Part shown: positions 53,631 to 63,254 of the stretch, piece after piece | Layout: each line of letters begins with the position of its first letter | Position numbering within the stretch: the first letter of the stretch is position 1 | Source of the DNA: Myxococcota bacterium | GTDB lineage: Bacteria > Myxococcota_A > UBA796 > SXON01 | NCBI GenBank assembly: GCA_040386535.1 | Contig: JAZKFH010000013.1 | Location: 32,001 to 96,000 of the forward strand | DNA length: 64,000 nt | Direction of reading: 5' to 3' | Notes under the pieces: generated by a model | The model's database searches: none | What the model saw: only the letters and a program-made list of their open reading frames with translations | What the model was told of the DNA's origin: nothing | Position numbers and translations under genes: made by a program

Positions 53631-55090
53631 GGTGTTCCGCGCGCGCGGAGCGCGCCCACCCCGAGGAGGCCGAAGAAGGGGAGGCTCGCGGCCCACAACC
53701 AGGGGTCGGTCACGGAAGGGGGCGAGAACCCGCGGGCGACCGCGACGAGCGTGAGCGCGCCGCTCACCCCGGCGAGCGCCACGGCGCTCCAACCCTTCGC
53801 GGCCGGGAACACACCGCGTAGATCCGGGAGGAGCCGCCCGAAGGAGACGAGGGTGACCACCGCGGTGGTGATGCTCGTGGCGACGGCGAGGCCGACCAGC
53901 CCGAACGAGGGCATCAGGACGGCGTTGAGCACCGCGTTGAGGCCGAGCGAGAGCGCGCCGAGCGCGAGCACGAGGCGGTAGCGGCCCGCCACGATGTGGG
54001 CCTTGGAGATGAGCGCGCCGAGGAGCGAGAAGAACACGCCGGGCAGGTAGGCGCCGAGCGTGGCCGCGGTGATCGTGGTGTGCTCGACGGTGAAGGCGCC
54101 GTCCTCGTAGAGGAGCCGCACGAGGGCCTCGCGGCCGATCGCCATCCCCGCGAGGACCGGCGGCGCCAGCAGGCACACCCACCAGAGCGCCGTCGCGACC
54201 GCGCGGTGCCGGCCCTCGTCCTCGCCGCGCGCCCGCGCCGCTGCCCAGGCGTTGAACGCCACGACCAGGAGCGTGCTCTCGAGCAGGGTCTGGGGGATCA
54301 TCCGCGCGCGATCGGCGTACTCGAGCAGGCTCACGCTGCCCTCGGCGCCGCCGCCGGCGAAGAGCTTGTCGACGATGAGGTTGAGCGCCACCATCGTCTC
54401 GCCGCCGAGCACGGGGCCGAACGCGCGCGCCGCTTCGCCGAGCTCCGGAGGCAAGGAGAACACGGGGCGCGGCCGGATCCCCTCGCGCCACAACACCCCG
54501 GCGAGCAGGGTCACCTCGGCGAGGCTGCCGCACAGCACCCCGAGAGGGAGCACCAGGGGGCCGTGCTCCCGCAAGGTGCCCACGATGGCGATCGTCGTGA
54601 CCGCTCGCACAACGGGCGCGCCCGCGGGGCCGGAGAAGCGCCCGTGGACCTCACACGCCGCCTTGAGCACCGCCGCCACCGCCACGGCGACGAGGAAGGG
54701 TACCAGCGCCCACGCGAATTGGACGGTGAGGCCCTGGGTGTGCGCGTCGAACCGGGTGACACGTGGGAGGATCCAGGGCGCGGTGATCGCGACGGCGGCG
54801 CCGAGCGAGAGGGCGAGGCCCGCCGCGAGGGTCGCGCTCGCCCCGATGAAGCCCACCACGCGGTCGGGCGCGGTGACGCGGAGGCGCGCCAGGACAGGCA
54901 CCAGCACGGTGCCCATCGTCGTGCTCCCCAGGATGAGCAGGAACGTGGGGACGGACAGCGCCCAATAGAAGGCGTCGGTCGCCGACTGAACGCCGTACCA
55001 GCGCGCGATGAAGATCGGGACGAAGAAGGCGACCGCACGCGCGGCCACCGCGAGCGGCGCGAGGAGCAGCGTGGTGCGGCCGATGGACAT
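53627..55090 (-). CDS. MurJ/MviN-like (MOP) flippase
   Basis: YGVQSATDAF, VDKLFA…GSVSLLEYADR, VRLLYEDGAFT, GLVGLAVATS. Confidence 0.88.
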   Translation of the reverse strand: MSIGRTTLLLAPLAVAARAVAFFVPIFIARWYGVQSATDAFYWALSVPTFLLILGSTTMGTVLVPVLARLRVTAPDRVVGFIGASATLAAGLALSLGAAVAITAPWILPRVTRFDAHTQGLTVQFAWALVPFLVAVAVAAVLKAACEVHGRFSGPAGAPVVRAVTTIAIVGTLREHGPLVLPLGVLCGSLAEVTLLAGVLWREGIRPRPVFSLPPELGEAARAFGPVLGGETMVALNLIVDKLFAGGGAEGSVSLLEYADRARMIPQTLLESTLLVVAFNAWAAARARGEDEGRHRAVATALWWVCLLAPPVLAGMAIGREALVRLLYEDGAFTVEHTTITAATLGAYLPGVFFSLLGALISKAHIVAGRYRLVLALGALSLGLNAVLNAVLMPSFGLVGLAVATSITTAVVTLVSFGRLLPDLRGVFPAAKGWSAVALAGVSGALTLVAVARGFSPPSVTDPWLWAASLPFFGLLGVGALRARGTP

Positions 55091-55181
55091 CCGCGCGCAG
55101 TCTAACGGCGTGGCGCGGACCGCCTCAATTCCGACGGACGAGCCGCGCCCCTCGCCGCGTCACACGGTAGACTTCCAATCG

Positions 55182-56495
55182 TTGCTGTTCTTCTTCGCCT
55201 TCGTTGCCTGCTCGTCGGTGGAGCCCGCAGAGACGGGCGCCCTGCCTTTCGCGGACGTCGTCGGCACGCGCGGCACGGAGATCGGCTGGCCGTCGCCCGA
55301 CGCGCTGACGGTCGCCACGGCGCCGCCGTACGCATGCGCGGAGGACATCTTCGTCGCCCAGACCGGCTACTCCGTCGACACCCCGGTGCTCTCCGATCAG
55401 CACCTGGACGTGCTCGGCGAGGTGCCGGCGCCCCGACAGGTACACGTCGGGTGGTCCGGCGATCCATCCACCACCATGACGATGATCTGGCGGACGGACG
55501 CGGAGACCTTCTCCACCCAGCTCCAGATCGGGCCGGACTCCTCCTACGGCACCACCCTCTCGGGCGGCAGCTTCATGCTCGGCACCACCACCGCGGATGG
55601 CCGCGTGCACGAGGTGCGCGTGTGTGGGCTCACCCCGGGCACGACGTGGCACTACCGGGTCGGGGGGGAGGGCGCCTGGTCCGAGGACTACTCCTTCACC
55701 ACCGCGCCGCCCCGGGGCAGCACCGAGCCGTTCGTGTTCGGCGTCGCGGGCGACTCGCGCGGCAGCCCGACCACCTGGGCCGCGGTCCTCGCGGGCATGG
55801 CTTCCCACGGCGTCGAATTCCGGCTCTTCACCGGGGACGCCGTGGTGCAGGGGTCGCGGGTGAACGAGTGGGACGACTGGTACGACGCGGGCGCCGGCTA
55901 CGTCGAGAGCGTGCCGACGATGATGGTCAACGGCAACCACGAGGGCCTCGCCCAGCCCTACTTCGCCCTCGCCGCGCTCCCGGGCACCGAGGAGTGGTAC
56001 AGCTTCGACTACGCCAACGTCCACTTCGCGACGTGGAACGACACGGTCGCGAGCACCACCGACTGGTCGGTCCAATCGAGCTGGCTCGCCGAGGATCTGG
56101 CGGCGACCACCCAACCGTGGAAGGTCGTGTACCACCACAAGCCGGCGTATTCAGGCTGCCGTCCCAACGGAGAGGACGCGAACGTGCGCACCTGGTTCGT
56201 ACCGGTCGAGGAGGCGGGTGGCGTACAGCTCGACCTGGCCGGCCACAACCACAACTACGAGCGCTCCGTGCCGCTCCTCGGCGCCGTCGAGGTGCCCCAG
56301 ACGGACGGCGTCACCTACGTCGTGACCGCCGGCTCCGGCGCGCCCCTCTACGAGAACAACCAGGGCCACAGCTACACCGCGGTGACCGTCGAGACTCACC
56401 ACTACATGATCGGCGTGGTCGACGGGGATCTCATGACGATGACCGCCTACGACATCGCCGGCAACGTGCTGGACAGCTTCACGCTGACTCCCTGA
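55182..56495 (+). CDS. Purple acid phosphatase-like metallophosphoesterase with FN3-like domain, probable lipoprotein (start uncertain)
   Basis: GDS, TGD, GNHE, YHH, AGHNHNYER. Confidence 0.88.
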   Translation: MLFFFAFVACSSVEPAETGALPFADVVGTRGTEIGWPSPDALTVATAPPYACAEDIFVAQTGYSVDTPVLSDQHLDVLGEVPAPRQVHVGWSGDPSTTMTMIWRTDAETFSTQLQIGPDSSYGTTLSGGSFMLGTTTADGRVHEVRVCGLTPGTTWHYRVGGEGAWSEDYSFTTAPPRGSTEPFVFGVAGDSRGSPTTWAAVLAGMASHGVEFRLFTGDAVVQGSRVNEWDDWYDAGAGYVESVPTMMVNGNHEGLAQPYFALAALPGTEEWYSFDYANVHFATWNDTVASTTDWSVQSSWLAEDLAATTQPWKVVYHHKPAYSGCRPNGEDANVRTWFVPVEEAGGVQLDLAGHNHNYERSVPLLGAVEVPQTDGVTYVVTAGSGAPLYENNQGHSYTAVTVETHHYMIGVVDGDLMTMTAYDIAGNVLDSFTLTP

Positions 56496-56585
56496 TCGAC
56501 GCCTGATCCGCGCCCTGACGAAGGGAGACGGGCCCGGGCGATGCCGCGCCGCCGGAGGGGTGCACCCTCTCCGGTGGAGGTGACG

Positions 56586-57053
56586 ATGAAGACCGTCCGC
56601 GACATCATGAGCCCCGACCCCGCGACCTGCACCCCCGACACGACCATCCCCGAGATCGCCCGGATGATGGTGGAATTCGACTGTGGCGCCATCCCCGTGG
56701 TGGACTCCGACGACGAGCCGCGCCCCGTCGGGATCCTCACCGACCGGGACATCGTCTGCCGGCTCATCGCCGAGGGGCTCAACCCGCTCGACTGCGAAGC
56801 GTCCGACTGCATGACGACCCCGTGCATCACCGTCCCGGTCGACAGCGACGTCAACGCCGCCCGTGACCTGTTCACGCAGAACAAGATCCGCCGCCTCGTG
56901 GTGGTGGACCAGAACGGCTGCTGCTGCGGCATGGTGTCCATCGCCGACCTGGTGCTCGAGACCAGCGACACGGGCATCGTCCGGGAGGTGTCCGAGCCCA
57001 CGGAGACCCCGTCCGAGGTGCAGGCGAAGGCCAAGGAGACCGAGCCCGCGTAG
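56586..57053 (+). CDS. CBS-domain pair protein
   Basis: RBS GGAGG; VRDIMS, GAIPVV, GILTDRDI, IRRLVVVD. Confidence 0.92.
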   Translation: MKTVRDIMSPDPATCTPDTTIPEIARMMVEFDCGAIPVVDSDDEPRPVGILTDRDIVCRLIAEGLNPLDCEASDCMTTPCITVPVDSDVNAARDLFTQNKIRRLVVVDQNGCCCGMVSIADLVLETSDTGIVREVSEPTETPSEVQAKAKETEPA

Positions 57054-57235
57054 CCGCGAGGGGGAGGGGGAGGACACGGGGGCGGGCGGCGCTGCGAGGA
57101 TCGCGCACGCCGCCCTTGCACCCCCGGTCCCTGCCGGGGTACCCCATGCGCCCTCCCGGCCGCTCCCCGCGGCCTCCCCACCCGCGCCCCCTCCGTCGGA
57201 GGTCGGGCCGGACCCGCCTCCCATCCCCCGGTCCC

Positions 57236-59635
57236 ATGTCCAAGCTGACCATTCCGGCGCGCATCGCCGCGTCCATCGCCGCTCAGTCCTCCCAGGTAAC
57301 GGCGGCGATCGAGCTGCTCGACGGCGGCGCGACCGTGCCCTTCGTCGCCCGCTACCGCAAAGAGGTGACCGGCGGCCTCGACGACATCCAGCTCCGCGCG
57401 CTCGAGACGCTCCTCGGCGAGCTCCGCGAGCTCGAATCGCGGCGCGAGGCGATCCTCAAGAGTGTCGCCGACCAGGGCGCGCTCACGCCCGAGCTCGAGG
57501 CCGACATCGTCGCGGCGGACTCCCGCGAGCGGCTCGAGGACCTGTACCTGCCGTACCGCCCGAAATACCGGAGCCGCGGCGAGATCGCGCGCGAGAAGGG
57601 GCTGGGCCCGCTCGCCGACGCGCTCCTGGCGCACCCCGAGGTGGCCCCCGAGGCCGCCGCCGCCGCCTACGTGGACGCCGAGAAGGAGGTCGCGTCCGTG
57701 GAGGAAGCCCTGGCCGGCGCGCGCGACATCCTGACCGAGCGCATGGCCGAAGACGCCGAGCTCGTCGGGCAGATCCGCGATCACGCGCGGCAGGTGGGCG
57801 TGCTCAAGGTGCGGGTCGTGGAGGGCAAGGAGGCCGAAGGGGTGCGCTTCCGGGACTGGTACGCCTGGGAGGAGCCCGTGGCGCGCGTCCCGAGCCATCG
57901 CGCCCTCGCGTTCCTGCGCGGCCGCAACGAGGGGGTGCTCCGCATCGAGCTCGCCGTGGACGCGGACGACGTGTCGCCGATGCGCCCCGCGGAGCGCATG
58001 GTGGCCACGCGGTTCGGCATCGCGGAGAAGGGCCGCCCCGGTGACCCCTGGCTGGTGGAGACCGCGCGGCAGGCGGGCCGGTGGCGCATCGGCTTCCACG
58101 TCGAGCTGAACCTGACCGAGGAGATGCGCAAGCGCGCCGAGGCCGAGGCCATCGAGGTGTTCGCGCTGAACATGCGCGACATCCTGCTCGCCGCGCCGGC
58201 CGGCCCCCGCGCCACCCTCGGGCTCGACCCCGGGCTGCGCACCGGCGTGAAGGTGGCCGTGGTCGACGTGACCGGCAAGGTCGTCGCCACCGACACCATC
58301 TACCCGCACGTGCCGCGCAACGACTGGGAGGGCTCCCTCCGCACGCTCGAGGCGATCGTGAACCGCCACGGCGTCGAGCTCGTCGCCATCGGCAACGGCA
58401 CGGCGTCCCGCGAGACCGACAAGCTCGCCGTCGAGCTCATGAAGCGGTGCCCCAACGTCCAGCGCGTGACGGTGAGCGAGGCGGGCGCCTCGGTTTACTC
58501 GGCGTCCGAGATCGCGTCGCAGGAGCTGCCGAACCTCGACGTCTCGATCCGGGGCGCGGTGTCGATCGCCAGGCGCCTCCAGGACCCGCTCGCCGAGCTG
58601 GTGAAGATCGATCCGAAGTCGATCGGCGTCGGGCAGTACCAGCACGACGTCGACGCGTGGCAGCTCGGCAAGGCGCTCGACGGCACCGTCGAGGACTGCG
58701 TGAACGCGGTCGGGGTCGACCTGAACATGGCGTCGCCGGCGTTGCTGCGCCGGGTGGCGGGGCTCGATCCGTGGCTCGCCGAGCAGATCGTGAGCTGGCG
58801 GGACCAGAACGGCGCCTACACCAGCCGCCAGGCGCTGATGGGCGTCTCCGGGATGACGGAGCGCACGTTCGAGCAGTGCGCCGGCTTCCTGCGCATCCGC
58901 GGCGGGGACGACCCGCTCGACGCTTCCGCGGTGCATCCGGAGGCCTACCCCGTCGTGCACCGCATCCTTCAGAAGACGGGCCGCGGGCTCGCGGCGCTCA
59001 TGGGTGACGCGGGCGTGCTCACGACGCTCCGCCCCGCCGACTTCGTCGACGCGCGCTTCGGCGTCCCGACGGTCAAGGACATCCTGGCCGAGCTCGGCAA
59101 GCCGGGCCGCGATCCGCGCCCTTCGTTCGTCACGGCGAAGTTCATGGAGGGCGTGGAGACCATGGGGGACCTGCACCCCGGCATGGAGCTCGAGGGCACG
59201 GTCACCAACGTGACGCAATTCGGCGCCTTCGTGGACATCGGCGTGCACCAGGACGGGCTCGTGCACGTGTCCCAGCTCGCCGACCGCTTCATCAAGGAAG
59301 CGCGCGAGGTCGTGCGCACCGGGCAGACCGTCAAGGTGCGCGTGGTCGAGGTCGATCACGCCCGCAAGCGCATCGCGCTCACGATGCGGACCGACGCGGC
59401 GGCGGCGACGAGCGGCGGCGGTGGCGGCTCGGCCCCGGCGAGCACCGGTCGCTCCGACGGGCGCCCGGATGGCCCACGGGGCCCCAATCAGGGCAACCGG
59501 GGCGGCGGGCACGCCGGTCCTCGAGGAGGCACAGGGCCGTCGCAGCCGCAGATGCGCTCCTCCGCGCCGGCGGTGTCGAAGCAGCCGGACGGCATGATGG
59601 CCGACGCGTTGAAGAAGGCGCTCGGCCGCGGGTAG
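57236..59635 (+). CDS. tex: Tex-family transcription accessory protein (YqgF, HhH and S1 domains)
   Basis: GATVPFVARYRKE, GLDPGLRTGVK, IGNGTASRET, SIGVGQYQHDV, FGAFVDIGVHQDGLVHVS. Confidence 0.96.
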   Translation: MSKLTIPARIAASIAAQSSQVTAAIELLDGGATVPFVARYRKEVTGGLDDIQLRALETLLGELRELESRREAILKSVADQGALTPELEADIVAADSRERLEDLYLPYRPKYRSRGEIAREKGLGPLADALLAHPEVAPEAAAAAYVDAEKEVASVEEALAGARDILTERMAEDAELVGQIRDHARQVGVLKVRVVEGKEAEGVRFRDWYAWEEPVARVPSHRALAFLRGRNEGVLRIELAVDADDVSPMRPAERMVATRFGIAEKGRPGDPWLVETARQAGRWRIGFHVELNLTEEMRKRAEAEAIEVFALNMRDILLAAPAGPRATLGLDPGLRTGVKVAVVDVTGKVVATDTIYPHVPRNDWEGSLRTLEAIVNRHGVELVAIGNGTASRETDKLAVELMKRCPNVQRVTVSEAGASVYSASEIASQELPNLDVSIRGAVSIARRLQDPLAELVKIDPKSIGVGQYQHDVDAWQLGKALDGTVEDCVNAVGVDLNMASPALLRRVAGLDPWLAEQIVSWRDQNGAYTSRQALMGVSGMTERTFEQCAGFLRIRGGDDPLDASAVHPEAYPVVHRILQKTGRGLAALMGDAGVLTTLRPADFVDARFGVPTVKDILAELGKPGRDPRPSFVTAKFMEGVETMGDLHPGMELEGTVTNVTQFGAFVDIGVHQDGLVHVSQLADRFIKEAREVVRTGQTVKVRVVEVDHARKRIALTMRTDAAAATSGGGGGSAPASTGRSDGRPDGPRGPNQGNRGGGHAGPRGGTGPSQPQMRSSAPAVSKQPDGMMADALKKALGRG

Positions 59636-59649
59636 TCGGCGCGTGGCGC

Positions 59650-60870
59650 TTGGAGATCGGCACGGGCGCGAGCACGTTCTTTCGTGTGAAGCTCGCGCCC
59701 ACGGTCGAGGCCCTGTACGGGGTGGAGGACACGGTCTTCCGGCGCTCGATCGGGGCGCTCCTCGGCCCGCCGCTGCTCCCGGGGAACCGCGTCACGTTGC
59801 TGGTGAACGGCGACAGCTTCTACCCGTCGATGTTGGAGGCCATCCGGGCCGCCGAGCGCACGATCACGCTCGAGACCTACATGATGTGGAGCGGTCGCAT
59901 CGCGAGCACGTTCGTCGAGGCGCTCACGAATCGCGCCCTCGCCGGCGTGCGCGTGCACGTCACCCTCGACTGGTTCGGCAGCCGCAAGCTCGGCGAGGAC
60001 GTGCGCGCCCGGATGCGCGCCGCCGGCATCGAGCTCGCCCTCTACCGCCCGCCCACGTGGGGCAACCTCCTGCGGTTCGACCAGCGCACCCACCGTCGCA
60101 TCCTCGTGGTGGATGGTCGCGTCGGCTTCGCCGGCGGCATGGGCATCACCGACGTGTGGACCGGCAACGCGCAGGGCCCCGGCCACTGGCGTGACACGGC
60201 GGTTCGGGTGGAGGGCCCCGTGGTCGCGCAGCTCCAGGGCGCGTTCGTCGACAACTGGGTCGAGACCACGGGCTCCCTCCTGCACGGCGACGCCTATTTC
60301 CCCGAGCTCCCCCAACGCGGCGACGTGGTCGCCCAGGCGTTCTGGAGCTCCCCGCACGAGGGCAACTACAACGCCCGCGTGATGTACCACCTCTCGATCG
60401 CGTCCGCGAAGCGCACCATCCGCCTCGCCAACGCCTACTTCGTGCCCGATCGCCTCATGATGCGGACGCTCCTCGACGCCCGTGCTCGCGGCGTCGCGGT
60501 CGAGCTCCTCGTCGCCGGCCCCACCGACATCCCGCTCACCCGGTGGGCGGGCCGCCTCCGCTGGGGAAAGCTGCTCACGGCGGGCATCCGCATCTTCGTG
60601 TACCAGGCGGCCGTGCTCCACGCCAAGACGATGGTGGTCGACGACCTCTGGTCCACCGTCGGCTCCGCCAACGTCGACCGCCTCTCCCTCCGCCTCCTCG
60701 ACGAGGTCAACGTCAACGTCCTCGACCCCCGCGTCGCCGCCGAACACGTCGCCATCTTCGAGCAGGACAAGTCCCAATCCATCGAGGTCACCCTCGACGG
60801 CTGGCGCAACCGCAGCTGGTTCTCCCGCGCGAAGGAGTGGTTCGCGGGGTTGCTGGATTCGCGGATGTGA
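59650..60870 (+). CDS. Cardiolipin synthase-like phospholipase D (start may be GTG 59686)
   Basis: GNRVTLLVNG, THRRILVVDG, WRDT, AYFVP, LHAKTMVVDD…GSAN. Confidence 0.9.
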   Translation: MEIGTGASTFFRVKLAPTVEALYGVEDTVFRRSIGALLGPPLLPGNRVTLLVNGDSFYPSMLEAIRAAERTITLETYMMWSGRIASTFVEALTNRALAGVRVHVTLDWFGSRKLGEDVRARMRAAGIELALYRPPTWGNLLRFDQRTHRRILVVDGRVGFAGGMGITDVWTGNAQGPGHWRDTAVRVEGPVVAQLQGAFVDNWVETTGSLLHGDAYFPELPQRGDVVAQAFWSSPHEGNYNARVMYHLSIASAKRTIRLANAYFVPDRLMMRTLLDARARGVAVELLVAGPTDIPLTRWAGRLRWGKLLTAGIRIFVYQAAVLHAKTMVVDDLWSTVGSANVDRLSLRLLDEVNVNVLDPRVAAEHVAIFEQDKSQSIEVTLDGWRNRSWFSRAKEWFAGLLDSRM

Positions 60871-60874
60871 TGGC

Positions 60875-62314
60875 CTATGACGCCCCGCGCCCCCGCAACA
60901 CCGCCGGCACCGTCTTGATCAGCACCTGGAGGTCCAACCAGAGCGACCAGTTCTGGATGTAGTAGATGTCGTGCCGCACCATCTCCGCGAACCCCAGCTC
61001 CGACCGCCCCATCACCTGCCAAAGGCCCGTGATCCCCGGGTTCACCTTCGCCCGCTGCTCGAACCAGTACCGCATCTCCGGATCGTGCTCGATCCCGGCG
61101 AGATCCTCGGCGGGCAGCGGCCGCGGGCCCACGAGGTTCATCTCGCCCCGCAGCACGTTCAGCAGCTGGGGCAGCTCGTCGATCGAGTACTTCCGGATGA
61201 ACCGCCCGATCGGCGTGACCCGAGGGTCGTTCCGCATCTTGAACAGCCGCCCGTCGGACTCGTTCTGGTGGCGGAGTTGGTCCTTGATCTTGTCGGCGCC
61301 GACCACCATCGAGCGGAATTTGAAGAAGTCGAAGGTGCGGCCGCCGCGCCCGAGCCGCTTGGACGCGTACAGCGCCGGCCCGCCGTCGCCGAGGCGGATG
61401 ACGAGCGCGACGACGAGGAGGAACGGCAGCAGCACGGCGCCGCCGCTGAGCACGGCCGCGAGATCGAAGCCGCGTTTGACCTGCGCGGCGAGCGTCGGGT
61501 ACTGGATGCCGGCGAGGTCGATCAGATCGAGCCCACCGATGCGCGCGAACCCGAGGCGCGGGCTGACCACGCCCCACGAATAGGGCGCCTGCAGCACGCG
61601 GAGGCCCATGCGGTCGGCCTGGACGGCGAGCCGCATGGCGTCCTCGCGCGGGAGCGTGCGGGTCGCGAGGATGACGACGCGTACGTCGTGCGCGTTGACC
61701 AGGGCGGGGATGTCCCCGATGTCGCCGAGGATGCGCTCGGGCGCGACATCCGGGGGCCCCGACATCGCGGTGCGCACGTGCCCCGCCACCGTGCATACAT
61801 GCCTCGCGTCGCGGAGGATGCGCTCGCCCATCGCCGCGGCGTCTGGCCCGATTCCCACGATCAGCGCGTTGACCGCGGTGGGCGGCACCTCGAGCCGCAG
61901 GAGCAGCCGGAAGATCAACAGGCGGGCGGCCGTCACGTACATCCAGCAGAACCCGAGCAGCGGGACGACGAGCCCCTTCGGGTAGACCCGCTCGGCCAGC
62001 GCGGCGTTCACCACCAGCGTGAACATCGTCATGTAGACGGCGCTCCGCGTGGTCGCCGACACGATGCGGACGCTGTTCTCCATGCGTCCGGGGTCGTGCA
62101 GGCCGAGCTGGCGGAGCGCGAAGAGCCACCCGATCAGGTAGACCGAGCCCGCCGGCATCCAGGGGTTCGGGAGGAACAGCTCCCAGAGCTGCACCTGCAC
62201 GAGGTGCTGGAGGTTGGGCGCGAGCCACAACCAGAACACCCATGCCGTCGCGATGCCGGCCAGCACGGCGGCGGCGTCGAGGAGGGCGAGACCGAAGGCG
62301 ACGCGACGGCGCAT
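60875..62314 (-). CDS. Polyprenyl-phosphate glycosyl-1-phosphate transferase (WcaJ/WbaP-like priming transferase)
   Basis: KRGFD, FKFRSM, DPRVTPIGRFIRKYSIDELPQL, VGPRP, PGITGLWQV. Confidence 0.95.
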   Translation of the reverse strand: MRRRVAFGLALLDAAAVLAGIATAWVFWLWLAPNLQHLVQVQLWELFLPNPWMPAGSVYLIGWLFALRQLGLHDPGRMENSVRIVSATTRSAVYMTMFTLVVNAALAERVYPKGLVVPLLGFCWMYVTAARLLIFRLLLRLEVPPTAVNALIVGIGPDAAAMGERILRDARHVCTVAGHVRTAMSGPPDVAPERILGDIGDIPALVNAHDVRVVILATRTLPREDAMRLAVQADRMGLRVLQAPYSWGVVSPRLGFARIGGLDLIDLAGIQYPTLAAQVKRGFDLAAVLSGGAVLLPFLLVVALVIRLGDGGPALYASKRLGRGGRTFDFFKFRSMVVGADKIKDQLRHQNESDGRLFKMRNDPRVTPIGRFIRKYSIDELPQLLNVLRGEMNLVGPRPLPAEDLAGIEHDPEMRYWFEQRAKVNPGITGLWQVMGRSELGFAEMVRHDIYYIQNWSLWLDLQVLIKTVPAVLRGRGAS

Positions 62315-62317
62315 CGG

Positions 62318-63046
62318 CTACTGAGCGACGACGTTCGAGCCCGCGGCGCCGCCGGAGATGATGTTCCGGTAGATGGCGGACCCGGACACGGCCGGGGCGA
62401 GGACCGCCTGGATCCGTCGGAAGAAGCGCTCGACGTTCGTGATGGTCTTCGCGGGCACGTACACGATGTCGCCGCGCTGGAGGTAGACCATCTGGGAGAA
62501 GTCCCCCTTGCCGTAGATCGCGTCGACGTTGACGGTGAAGAGCGTGGGCTTGTCGACGCCGCCGCGGATGACGAGGACGTTGCTCGTGCGCGCGTCGGGG
62601 TTGATGCCGCCGGTGCGCGTCAGGGCCTCGAGCAGGGACATCTCGTTCACGATCTGGAGCACCTGGGGGGTCTCCACCTCGCCGATGACGACCACCTTCT
62701 GGTTGGTCACCGCCGTGATGTTCACGGAGACCTGCGCGTCCACGTAGTACTCGTCGATCGCGCTCTGGAGCTTCGCCACCACGGCCTCGTAGCCGAGGCC
62801 CGCGAGGACCACGCGCCCGACGAGGGGGTAGGTGATCGCGCCGTCGGGGGCGATCGTCACGTCGACCGTCAGATCGTCGTGCCGCCACACCCAGATGCGC
62901 AGGCTGTCCCCCGGGCCGAACATGAACGCCTGGGCCGAGGGGAGCCGCAGCACCTCGTCGGTGTCCGCCACGTTCGGGGGGGCCTGCATGGGCGCGCACG
63001 CGGGGAGCGCGCAGAGGAGGCCGAGCAATAGGTGCGACAGCCGCAT
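62318..63046 (-). CDS. Polysaccharide export (OPX/Wza-family) lipoprotein
   Basis: LPAC lipobox; GPGD, PDGAITYPLVG, VIGEV, LQRGDIVYVP; C-terminal amphipathic helix. Confidence 0.92.
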   Translation of the reverse strand: MRLSHLLLGLLCALPACAPMQAPPNVADTDEVLRLPSAQAFMFGPGDSLRIWVWRHDDLTVDVTIAPDGAITYPLVGRVVLAGLGYEAVVAKLQSAIDEYYVDAQVSVNITAVTNQKVVVIGEVETPQVLQIVNEMSLLEALTRTGGINPDARTSNVLVIRGGVDKPTLFTVNVDAIYGKGDFSQMVYLQRGDIVYVPAKTITNVERFFRRIQAVLAPAVSGSAIYRNIISGGAAGSNVVAQ

Positions 63047-63254
63047 GGGCGCCCGCATACCACAGCGCGGCGTCGGCCGCGAGCAAGCTCACGAGGAGCG
63101 CCCGTTGTTCCGGGCCGCCCCGCCGCGTTGTTCCCGGTTGCCACGGAACGACCCGCGTGGCTATAGGGCGGGGGCCGCCCGGCCAGGGCCCCTCGTCCGC
63201 CCGCCCCAGGCAGATGACGAGGCGGCTGCCTCGCCTTCCGGCGCCACGGAGTTC

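Noticed and set aside
53627..55090. Calling this gene the housekeeping murJ
   Set aside because: It is divergent and sits in a glycan operon, so it may be a dedicated paralog; the gene symbol is withheld.
57054..57180. Possible structured ncRNA between the CBS gene and tex
   Set aside because: Several hairpins are possible, but G/C runs pair easily by chance and no known RNA motif is recognisable.
56447..59512. Very long opposite-strand or off-frame ORFs (for example 56447-59512, 38970-41654, 60435-63092, 15764-18349, 24592-27075, 19329-21548)
   Set aside because: They shadow well-supported genes, are Arg/Gly/Ala-rich without motifs, and are expected in very GC-rich DNA.
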